Shown here: positions 1 through 7,069 of the stretch, one piece after another
How the letters are laid out: each line of letters opens with the position of its first letter
How positions within the stretch are numbered: position 1 is the stretch's first letter
NCBI GenBank assembly: GCA_964416685.1
Contig: CAYQFN010000002.1
Location: forward strand, 1-34,210
Source of the DNA: an uncultured Thermotogae bacterium
Lineage (GTDB): Bacteria > Bipolaricaulota > Bipolaricaulia > UBA7950 > UBA9294
Reading direction: 5' to 3'
DNA length: 34,210 nt
Translations under genes and position numbers: made by a program
Notes under the pieces: generated by a model
Told to the model about the DNA's origin: nothing
The model's input: the letters and a program-made list of their open reading frames with translations, nothing else
The model's database searches: none

Positions 1-209
1 TTCACTGAGACCCGAGAGATCTTTACATCCGTCATCACTTCCCAGAGTCATTCCCATATTAGGGCCCAGCGTAGGCATTCCCGTACAAGCACGCGGCAGG
101 GGCGCATAAGTGTACGGCTGAAACCAATGGGGTGATTAATATCCCTTGGAACGCATTGGTGGTTCTCGTTCTTGGACGAAGTGCTAGCGCTCCTTTCTTC
201 GATGATCGA

Positions 210-238
210 TAGAAGATAGCATCATTTCAGGGTATAAT
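210..238 (+). promoter_or_regulatory. Candidate sigma70-type promoter for metG: perfect -10 hexamer TATAAT at 233-238, with only a poor -35 (tagaag, 17 nt upstream)
   Basis: TATAAT was read directly at 233-238, 29 nt before the metG ATG. GGAGAG Shine-Dalgarno at 258-263. Confidence 0.25.
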
Positions 239-267
239 CCGGTCTCACTTCCGAAGTTGGAGAGCTT

Positions 268-2214
268 ATGGACAAGAAACGAGTGTTGGTGTGCAGTGCG
301 TGGCCGTATGCGTCGGGGGTTCCACATCTTGGGAACCTCGTGTCATCGCTCCTTTCGGGCGATGTGTTTGCCCGTTACTACCGGCTGCGCGGGCATGAGG
401 TGCTTTACGTCTCTGGGAGCGACGCGCACGGTACGCGGATCGAGTACGAGGCAAAGCAACTGGGGATTACCCCGACGGAGCTCGCTGAGCGCAATCATAA
501 GAAGATCTGTGCGGTGATCGACGGTTTCGGGATCGAGTTCGATAACTACACGACGACGGAATCCCCTGTACATAAGGAATTCATACAACGTATCTACTTG
601 GATATGGAGAAGAACGGTTACATCACAACCAAGGAGGAGGATCGCGCTTACTGCCGCAACTGCAGGGTCTTCCTCGCCGATCGGTTCATCTCCGGCACCT
701 GCCCTCGCTGTGGATACGAGCACGCCCTTGGAAATCAGTGCGATAACTGCGGGGCGATGCTCGAACCGGAGGAGTTGATCAATCCGGTCTGCAGCTTCTG
801 CGGCAAGGGAGACATCGAGTTTCGCTCCACCAAGCACTGGTACCTCGATCTGAACAAGCTTTCACCGCAGTTGCAGGAATACGTGACGTCGCGCCACTTC
901 CAGGGGAATGTCCACCAGTTTACGCAGCAGATGATCTCAGACGGATTGCGGCCTCGGGCGATGACGCGCGACATTAGGTGGGGGATCCCCGCTCCGTTTG
1001 AGGGGGCAGAGGGGAAGGTGATCTACGTGTGGGGTGAGGCGGCGCTCGGTTACGTCTCTGCCGCGATTGAACACTTCCACGGAGATGATGGTTGGAAGGA
1101 GTTCTGGTTCGGCGACAATGTGCATCAGATCTACGCCATCGGTAAAGATAACATCCCCTTCCACACGCTAATCTTCCCCGGCCAGCTCATCGCCTCTGGC
1201 CGCGGCTATCACCTCCCCGATCAGATCGCTGCCACCGAGTACCTGAACTGGATCGGCGGTGACAGCTTTTCCAAGAGCCGCGGGGTTGGGCTGTACTGTG
1301 ACGATGCCCTTGAAGTGATGGATGCGCAGCTGTGGCGTTTCTATCTGATCTACAACCGTCCTGAGGGACGCGATGTGAACTTCTCCTGGGAGGAGCTAGC
1401 AAAGGCGGTTAACGGTGTCTTCATCTCCAACGTAGCGAACTTGATCAACCGTGTCCTGTCGTTCATTCAGGATCGCCACGAGCATGTTGTCCCTGCCACA
1501 GACATCGATAGCGAGGTGGCTGAGAGGTTGGCGAAGACAGTTGTCGCATACGAGGAGGCGATGGAAAGGGGGAGCCTGAGCCATGCTCTGCGCGAGGCGT
1601 GTTCACTGGCGGTCTTCGGAAACGAATACTTTCAGCGGAAAGAGCCATGGGCCACAGGGGATGATGTAGCCGTGGCGAGCTCCTTCCACTTGGTGAAGGC
1701 GATGGCGCTATTGCTTTCCCCGTTTGTTCCTAACTACGCTGCACAGGTGCTCGACATCATGGGGGTAAGAAACGCACGCTGGGAAGAGATCAACTTCGTT
1801 GCAAAGGGGGCCACGATCGGATCGTCGCGCGTCCTTGTCGAGAGAATTGATATAAATAGAATCAAGGACAAAGTTGAGAGTCTTGCCCAGGAGCGGGTAT
1901 CATTTGACGACTTCACTCGCCTTGACATGCAAGTGGGAAAGGTTCTTTCCGCAGAGAATATCCCGGGGGCGGATCGACTCTACAAGTTGCAGATCGACGT
2001 TGGAAGGCGTACGCTGACCATTGTGGCGGGGATCAGGAAGCAGTACCCGCCGGAGGCTCTGATCGATCATCGGGTGGTCGTTCTTGTGAACCTGGAGCCG
2101 ACGGTGATACGCGGGGTGAAGTCAGAAGGGATGCTCCTGGTTGCAGGAAAAGGGAGAGGAATCTCCCTCCTCGTCCCAGATCGTGATGTGCCACTGGGAA
2201 GCCCGGTTGGCTAG
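268..2214 (+). CDS. metG: Methionyl-tRNA synthetase with C-terminal tRNA-binding (Trbp111/EMAP-like) domain
   Basis: 648 aa ORF. Class I HIGH-type motif (PHLGN). Zinc-knuckle Cys clusters (CPRCGYEH..CDNCG, CSFCG). KMSKS-like FSKSRG. C-terminal FTRLDMQVGKV...ADRLYKLQIDVG tRNA-binding domain. Confidence 0.95.
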   Translation: MDKKRVLVCSAWPYASGVPHLGNLVSSLLSGDVFARYYRLRGHEVLYVSGSDAHGTRIEYEAKQLGITPTELAERNHKKICAVIDGFGIEFDNYTTTESPVHKEFIQRIYLDMEKNGYITTKEEDRAYCRNCRVFLADRFISGTCPRCGYEHALGNQCDNCGAMLEPEELINPVCSFCGKGDIEFRSTKHWYLDLNKLSPQLQEYVTSRHFQGNVHQFTQQMISDGLRPRAMTRDIRWGIPAPFEGAEGKVIYVWGEAALGYVSAAIEHFHGDDGWKEFWFGDNVHQIYAIGKDNIPFHTLIFPGQLIASGRGYHLPDQIAATEYLNWIGGDSFSKSRGVGLYCDDALEVMDAQLWRFYLIYNRPEGRDVNFSWEELAKAVNGVFISNVANLINRVLSFIQDRHEHVVPATDIDSEVAERLAKTVVAYEEAMERGSLSHALREACSLAVFGNEYFQRKEPWATGDDVAVASSFHLVKAMALLLSPFVPNYAAQVLDIMGVRNARWEEINFVAKGATIGSSRVLVERIDINRIKDKVESLAQERVSFDDFTRLDMQVGKVLSAENIPGADRLYKLQIDVGRRTLTIVAGIRKQYPPEALIDHRVVVLVNLEPTVIRGVKSEGMLLVAGKGRGISLLVPDRDVPLGSPVG

Positions 2215-2218
2215 GGCG

Positions 2219-2247
2219 TTGAAAACGGTAGTCCGGGCCGCTAAAAT
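2219..2247 (+). promoter_or_regulatory. Candidate sigma70 promoter for the rplU block: TTGAAA, 17 nt spacer, TAAAAT
   Basis: TTGAAA at 2219-2224 and TAAAAT at 2242-2247, with a 17 nt spacer. GAGGTG SD at 2258-2263 precedes the rplU ATG at 2272. Confidence 0.4.
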
Positions 2248-2271
2248 CAGTTTGACTGAGGTGTAAATTCT

Positions 2272-2586
2272 ATGTATGCAGTAATCGAGACGGGTGGTAA
2301 ACAGTACCTGCTGGAAAATGGAGATCTGTTCGATCATGAGCTGATCAGTGGCCTTGAGGCCGGTGAGACAGTCACTTTCGACAAGGTCCTCCTCGTCGTT
2401 GATGATGGTGAGGTTCACGTAGGAACCCCGTATTTGCAGGGTGTCACAGTAATGGGAGAAGTGCGTGAACAGGGGCGGGGCGACAAGATAATTGTCTACA
2501 AGTACAAGAACAAGAAGGGCTATCGTCGCAAGCAGGGACATCGCCAGTTGTACATGAAGACGAAGATTACGTCGATCGGGGCGTAA
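2272..2586 (+). CDS. rplU: 50S ribosomal protein L21
   Basis: 104 aa. MYAVIETGGKQY... is the canonical L21 N-terminus. Conserved position upstream of rpmA. Confidence 0.95.
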   Translation: MYAVIETGGKQYLLENGDLFDHELISGLEAGETVTFDKVLLVVDDGEVHVGTPYLQGVTVMGEVREQGRGDKIIVYKYKNKKGYRRKQGHRQLYMKTKITSIGA

Positions 2587-2597
2587 AGGAGAAGTAC

Positions 2598-2921
2598 GTG
2601 GGAGAGATCATTGTTTCGCGCGACGAGCGTAATCGTATCCTTGAGCTGACCGGGCAGGGGGTAGATGGCGATACTCCCACTGGCGCCGCAGCGCTGCGAT
2701 TCCTGGAAGCGGCTGTCTCCTCGATGACCGACTACCTCCATCTGGCGCCAGATTACTCTCTGAGTAATGGAGTGCATTTATCGATTGATCGGAGCGCTCC
2801 TCATCTTAATCGTGAGATCGATGCGATTATGGAAACGCTAGTGATCGGATTGAAACAGCTTGCGGCGGAATACTCACAGGACCTTGTCGTGCATGAAGCC
2901 ACGATCGGGATACGGGTTTAG
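2598..2921 (+). CDS. Prp/YsxB-like (DUF464 family) protein that appears to lack the catalytic His/Cys dyad
   Basis: 107 aa ORF with a GTG start 11 nt after the rplU stop, preceded by AGGAG. It occupies the conserved slot between rplU and rpmA. The C-terminal half (IMETLVIGLKQLAAEYSQDL) resembles the L27-processing protease Prp. The region where Prp has GHA...CAA(V)S reads GQGVDGDTPTGAAALRF. Confidence 0.6.
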   Translation: MGEIIVSRDERNRILELTGQGVDGDTPTGAAALRFLEAAVSSMTDYLHLAPDYSLSNGVHLSIDRSAPHLNREIDAIMETLVIGLKQLAAEYSQDLVVHEATIGIRV

Positions 2922-2933
2922 CAAGGAGCAAAA

Positions 2934-3221
2934 ATGGCACATAAGACAAGCACGGGCTCGACGAACAACCTACATGACAGTCCAGGCCAGCGCAGGGGAG
3001 TCAAACGCTTCGGTGGAGAGTGGGTGAACCCGGGGTCGATCATCATCAGGCAATGTGGGACGAAATTCGCAGTAGGAAAGAACGTCGGCATTGGACGGGA
3101 TTATACTATCTACGCCACCGTACCCGGGTATGTTCAATTTACCGGGAAGAAAAAGAAGTACGTGAACGTCCTCCCCGCCCAGGAGGGCACCGCCCAGAAG
3201 GGTGCTGCTCAGGAGGGCTAG
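2934..3221 (+). CDS. rpmA: 50S ribosomal protein L27, with no N-terminal propeptide and a short Q/G/A-rich C-terminal extension
   Basis: 95 aa. MAHKTSTGSTNN..GVKRFGGE..IIIRQCGTKF matches the L27 core. AAGGAG SD upstream. Confidence 0.95.
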   Translation: MAHKTSTGSTNNLHDSPGQRRGVKRFGGEWVNPGSIIIRQCGTKFAVGKNVGIGRDYTIYATVPGYVQFTGKKKKYVNVLPAQEGTAQKGAAQEG

Positions 3222-3265
3222 TTTTCTCGTGTTCACCTCCCTTGTAAGCCTCAGAGCGTCTATCC

Positions 3266-4585
3266 ATGTTTATCGATGAGACAACGATCCGTGTCGTAGG
3301 TGGGCGCGGCGGAAACGGAGTGATCCGCTTCAGATCCGACAAGCACAACTGGAAGGGAGGCCCGGACGGTGGGAGTGGTGGAGACGGCGGCGATGTTATC
3401 ATCCGCAGCTCACTGAGCATGTCAACCCTGTACCAATTCCGCAATCGACCGAAATTCACCGGCGGACAGGGAGAGGATGGAGGCAGCAACAACAAACAGG
3501 GCGCGCGCGGAAAGCCAACAGTCATCCTGGTCCCCGTTGGTACGATCGTGCGTGACAGCCTCACAGGCGAAGTGCTCGCTGATCTGGTCGCGCCGGAAAC
3601 AGAGGTGGTTGTAGCCCGGGGTGGCGAAGGGGGCCGTGGGAACAGCAGTTTCGTCACCTCATCCCGACAGGCCCCTCGCATCTGCGAGCGAGGCCTCGCG
3701 GGAGATGAACGGACGCTGCGCATGGAACTGCGCCTCATCGCTGATGTGGGGATCATCGGGTATCCAAACGTAGGGAAGTCGAGCCTGATCTCTCGCATAT
3801 CCGGGGTGAGGGCGAAGATCGCCGACTACCCGTTTACCACAATCTCTCCGAATCTCGGGGTTGTCGACGTCGATGGGCGACACCAGTTCGTCGCTGTGGA
3901 CATTCCCGGGCTGATCGAGGGAGCGCACGCTGGCAAGGGATTGGGGGACAGGTTCCTGCGCCATGTGAAGCGCACACGCCTGTTGATTCACATGCTCGAT
4001 TTAGCTAAGCTGGAAGGGCGAGATCCGTTGGAGGACTATCGGCGTATCAATGAAGAGCTGCGAGCGTTCAGCGAGGAATTGGGAACCAGACCACAGATCG
4101 TAGTGGGGAACAAGGTAGACCTGCTCGACGAGGATGATGTTCAAAAAGAGGCCGACAAATTTACTGCAATTGGCGTGGATATCATTCCGATCTCTGTTGC
4201 CACTGGGGCCGGGTTGCGTAGCTTAGTGAATGAGACATACAACAGATTGCAGTCGATCGGCGTAACAGTGGCTGACCGCAGAAGCGTGGTCAAGCGCCGT
4301 GTGTACAGATTTCACGATGAGGAAGGATTCCGCGTTGAGCATGAAGGCGATAAGTTCGTCGTCATAGGGCAGAGGGTAGAGCGACTGGTGACGAAGCTGG
4401 TTCTCGATAGTCGCGATGCGCAGGAGTACCTGAACAATCGGCTAGAGAGGATGGGCGTGTTAAGAGAATTGGATCGGCAGGGGTTCACGCCGGGAGACCC
4501 GTTACGAATTGGAGGAGTGGAACTTGAACTTGAACTTAAGCGGAAGAATCGGCCTCTTCGGGGGCACATTCAACCCACTGCATAG
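3266..4585 (+). CDS. obg: GTPase Obg/CgtA
   Basis: 439 aa. Gly-rich Obg fold (GGRGGNG, GGPDGGSGGDGG). G1 motif GYPNVGKS. G3 DIPGLIEGA. G4 NKVD. C-terminal OCT-like domain (FRVEHEGDKFVVIG...GDPLRIGGVELE). Confidence 0.95.
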   Translation: MFIDETTIRVVGGRGGNGVIRFRSDKHNWKGGPDGGSGGDGGDVIIRSSLSMSTLYQFRNRPKFTGGQGEDGGSNNKQGARGKPTVILVPVGTIVRDSLTGEVLADLVAPETEVVVARGGEGGRGNSSFVTSSRQAPRICERGLAGDERTLRMELRLIADVGIIGYPNVGKSSLISRISGVRAKIADYPFTTISPNLGVVDVDGRHQFVAVDIPGLIEGAHAGKGLGDRFLRHVKRTRLLIHMLDLAKLEGRDPLEDYRRINEELRAFSEELGTRPQIVVGNKVDLLDEDDVQKEADKFTAIGVDIIPISVATGAGLRSLVNETYNRLQSIGVTVADRRSVVKRRVYRFHDEEGFRVEHEGDKFVVIGQRVERLVTKLVLDSRDAQEYLNNRLERMGVLRELDRQGFTPGDPLRIGGVELELELKRKNRPLRGHIQPTA

Positions 4586-5147
4586 CGCGCATCTCATTGT
4601 GGCAAAAGCAGCCTATGAACAGTTCGGGCTATCGAAGATCGTGTTCATCCCGAGCGGGATTCCCCCGCACAAGGAGATCCAGGCCAACGTAACCAAGGAG
4701 GACCGCTACGCGATGGTAAAGGAGGCAATTGAGCCCTACGGCTACTTTTCCGTGTCCCGCGTCGAGATCGACCGCGAGGGGCCTTCATACACGATCGATA
4801 CAATTAGGGCTTTAGAGGCCGATTATCCGCAGGGGCTGTGTTTCATCGTTGGAGCCGATCTGCTGATGCAGATCGAGACGTGGAAGAACCCTCGGGAGCT
4901 TCTTACGAGCGTCCCTTTTCTTATCGCGCCGCGCAACGGCATCTCCAAAGAGACCTTTGCGGCTCCGCCGTTTGACAGGGCAATGATCTTCTTCCTGGAG
5001 ATGGAAGAGGTCGATCTCTCCTCTACCTGGGTGCGTGCTCAAATCGAGCAAGGAGAGGGAATTCCGGATTGTGTGCCAGAACCTGTGGCTAACTATATTG
5101 AGGAGCACGGTTTGTATCAGCACCGAGAACCGGTGCAAGCGAAGTAA
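4524..5147 (+). CDS. nadD: Nicotinate-nucleotide adenylyltransferase
   Basis: GLFGGTFNPLHSAH is the (H/T)xGH nucleotidyltransferase signature. The start is uncertain: in-frame TTG codons at 4509, 4524 and 4530. TTG 4524 has the best spacing to the GGAGGAG at 4511-4517. The 5' end overlaps the obg 3' end. Confidence 0.85.
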   Translation: MNLNLSGRIGLFGGTFNPLHSAHLIVAKAAYEQFGLSKIVFIPSGIPPHKEIQANVTKEDRYAMVKEAIEPYGYFSVSRVEIDREGPSYTIDTIRALEADYPQGLCFIVGADLLMQIETWKNPRELLTSVPFLIAPRNGISKETFAAPPFDRAMIFFLEMEEVDLSSTWVRAQIEQGEGIPDCVPEPVANYIEEHGLYQHREPVQAK

Positions 5148-5159
5148 TAGGAGGTAGGT

Positions 5160-5672
5160 ATCAAAAGAAGTTTACGTGTTAATGAGCGGATTCGCGAGCC
5201 GAATGTCTTAGTGATAGACGATAAAGGTGAGAACCTGGGCCTGATGGCGACACCCGACGCAGTGGCCCTTGCAAAGGAGCGTGGGCTCGATCTCGTAGAG
5301 GTGGCATCGCAGTCTGAGCCGCGAGTGTGCAAGATCGTTGATTATGGGAAGTATCACTATCAGCAGGAAAAGCGGCAACGCAAACAGAAGCATCGCTCAC
5401 ACCTGAAGGAGATGAAGTTCACGATCAAGATCGGGGAACACGACTATCAGACCAAGATGAAACGTGTGCGTAAATTCCTGATGCAGGGGGATATGGTCCG
5501 CGTATCGATCTTCTTCCGTGGGAGAGAGATTGTGCACGTCTCGCGTGGGAGGGAGCTGTTGAAGCGAGTGGCGAACGAACTGAGCGACATCGCCCGTGTG
5601 GACCAGCAGCCGCAGGCGAGAGGAAAGGTACTGCAAATGATGCTGGTTCCAAATCAGAACCAGAAACCTTAA
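5160..5672 (+). CDS. infC: Translation initiation factor IF-3, probably starting at a non-canonical AUC codon
   Basis: The ORF track starts at GTG 5211. The frame is open back to the TAG at 5148 and encodes IKRSLRVNERIREPNVLVIDDKGENLG, the conserved IF3 N-terminus. AGGAGG at 5149-5154 lies 5 nt before ATC 5160. There is no ATG, GTG or TTG in that upstream stretch. Confidence 0.8.
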   Translation: MKRSLRVNERIREPNVLVIDDKGENLGLMATPDAVALAKERGLDLVEVASQSEPRVCKIVDYGKYHYQQEKRQRKQKHRSHLKEMKFTIKIGEHDYQTKMKRVRKFLMQGDMVRVSIFFRGREIVHVSRGRELLKRVANELSDIARVDQQPQARGKVLQMMLVPNQNQKP

Positions 5673-5685
5673 TAAGGAGGAGAAG

Positions 5686-5880
5686 ATGCCAAAGCAGAAG
5701 ACACATCGAGCGGCGAGCAAGCGCTTTCGGCGCTCGAAGAGTGGGAAGCTCTTCCACCACATGTCTAATTATTTTCACAAGAATGTGAAGAAACGGTCGA
5801 AGTCAGTCCGCCAGGCCCGCCAGGACCAAGCGCTTTCCGGTGGACAAGCAAAGAATATCAAACGAATGATTGGAAGTTAA
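5686..5880 (+). CDS. rpmI: 50S ribosomal protein L35
   Basis: 64 aa. MPKQKTHRAASKRFRRSKSGK is typical of L35. AAGGAGGAG SD. infC-rpmI-rplT synteny. Confidence 0.95.
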   Translation: MPKQKTHRAASKRFRRSKSGKLFHHMSNYFHKNVKKRSKSVRQARQDQALSGGQAKNIKRMIGS

Positions 5881-5898
5881 CAGAGCAGGAGGAAGAAG

Positions 5899-6261
5899 AT
5901 GCCACGAGTACGTGGGGGAAATAAGAGACTACAGAGCCGAAAGAAGATCATGCGGCTGGCAAAGGGATTCAAGGGTAAGCGTGGGACATCGCACCGCATC
6001 GCAAAGCAAGCGGTGATGAAGGCGTTACGCAACAGCTACATCGACCGTCGTCGTCGCAAGCGCGACTTCCGAAGGCTGTGGATCGTGCGGATCGGTGCTG
6101 CGGCAAAGCAGAACGGTCTGTCATACTCAGCCTTTATCGGTGGTATACAGAAGCGCGGAATCGGGCTGAACAGGAAGATGCTCTCGGAGATCGCCGTGCA
6201 TGACGCCGAGACGTTTTCCGTATTGGCGACAATGGCCAAGGAGGAAGCGGTCAAGGGGTAG
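5899..6261 (+). CDS. rplT: 50S ribosomal protein L20
   Basis: 120 aa. MPRVRGGNKRLQSRKKIMRLAKGFKG...FRRLWIVRI is canonical L20. Confidence 0.95.
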   Translation: MPRVRGGNKRLQSRKKIMRLAKGFKGKRGTSHRIAKQAVMKALRNSYIDRRRRKRDFRRLWIVRIGAAAKQNGLSYSAFIGGIQKRGIGLNRKMLSEIAVHDAETFSVLATMAKEEAVKG

Positions 6262-6262
6262 G

Positions 6263-7069
6263 ATGGGTTCACAAGAGATCGCCCTGCGCCTGCGGGAGTT
6301 CTGGAAGGGGGAGGGGTGTCCGATCATCCCGCCTTACGGAGCGATCGCAGCAGGTGGCCTCACCCCGGATCTGTTCTTCGGCGCGCTGGGACCTGAGCCG
6401 TGGCGGAGTTGTCAAGAAGTGACAACGCTTCACTCATCCGCGGTACGCTACAACGGTGATCCACTTCGCCCGATCGTCGATCACCACTTGCAGGTTGCTC
6501 TGCAGGAGCAATCAGGCGAGCTACGCGAGGTATTTACGGAGAGCCTGCGGATGCTGGGGATACAGGCGCGAGATCGAGACGTGCGCTTCGTCGCTTGCAG
6601 CGGCGAAGATGCCTGCATTGCGGTGCGTGCTCCTTGTTGGCACGTGACGGTCGACGGGATTGAGGTGGGGAGCGTCTCCCACCTGCAGCGTGTGGGGGGA
6701 GTCGATGTCGATCGCGTTCCGGTCATCGCGGATTACTCCCTGGGGCGCCTGGCGATTGTCGGGGCTGCTTATGCGGGGAAAGAGACTCCGACAGAGCGGG
6801 ACAGGCAGACATCGACCTACGTTCTTGCGCAGGCCAATCCGGAACGGACGCGTTTACTCTTCTCCCTGCACGCCGATGAGTGCGAGGGTGCGCTCGCGAC
6901 TGGGCTTTTCTTTCCTGCATACGATCATGTTCTTGCGTGTCTGTCCCTGCTGGAGATGTTCGATGCGTGCAGTGATCTGAGCGCAAGGGAGCGCGCTGTG
7001 AGAACGTCGCGCATATCCGATCTCGCGAACAGATGTGCGAAGGCTTATTTAGAGGGGGCCAATGCCTGA
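6263..7069 (+). CDS. glyQ: Glycyl-tRNA synthetase alpha-subunit-like protein, highly divergent at conserved motifs
   Basis: ATG at 6263, one nt after the rplT stop, with AAGGGG upstream. I discounted the track's 6200 start, which lies inside rplT. The protein is colinear with GlyQ (FWKGEGCPII, ALGPEPW, VRF, VDGIEV..LQRVGG, LGRLA), but the blocks I recall as near-invariant are replaced (see findings). Confidence 0.7.
   Translation: MGSQEIALRLREFWKGEGCPIIPPYGAIAAGGLTPDLFFGALGPEPWRSCQEVTTLHSSAVRYNGDPLRPIVDHHLQVALQEQSGELREVFTESLRMLGIQARDRDVRFVACSGEDACIAVRAPCWHVTVDGIEVGSVSHLQRVGGVDVDRVPVIADYSLGRLAIVGAAYAGKETPTERDRQTSTYVLAQANPERTRLLFSLHADECEGALATGLFFPAYDHVLACLSLLEMFDACSDLSARERAVRTSRISDLANRCAKAYLEGANA

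Noticed and set aside
1-78. A possible 5' end of a minus-strand gene running off the left edge, with ATG at 78, 58 or 51 (MPTLGPNMGMTLGSDDGCKDLSGLSE...).
   Set aside because: Only about 26 codons are visible. There is no clear SD and no recognisable motif, so it cannot be supported from this window. The plus frame 1 open stretch (1-135) is Arg/Ser-rich and equally unconvincing.
100-267. A possible T-box leader upstream of metG. The sequence TTGGTGGTTCTCG near 155-170 vaguely resembles the T-box GGGUGGUACCGCG core.
   Set aside because: Only the GGUGGU core matches. I could not trace a specifier loop with AUG, an AG bulge or a stem I K-turn, and there is no terminator or sequestrator immediately after it. 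The best -10 box (233-238) lies downstream of the motif, so the motif would not be in the transcript.
3139-3798. A 219 aa minus-strand ORF opposite the 5' half of obg.
   Set aside because: It is the antisense of the Gly-rich (GGN-repeat) Obg fold, which yields a Pro/Ser/Arg-rich reading frame. There is no independent support for a gene.
6200-6262. The track's upstream start for the glyQ-like ORF, which adds 21 codons.
   Set aside because: This stretch lies inside the rplT coding sequence and encodes an Arg/Trp-rich peptide unrelated to GlyQ. ATG 6263 with AAGGGG upstream gives the conserved N-terminus.
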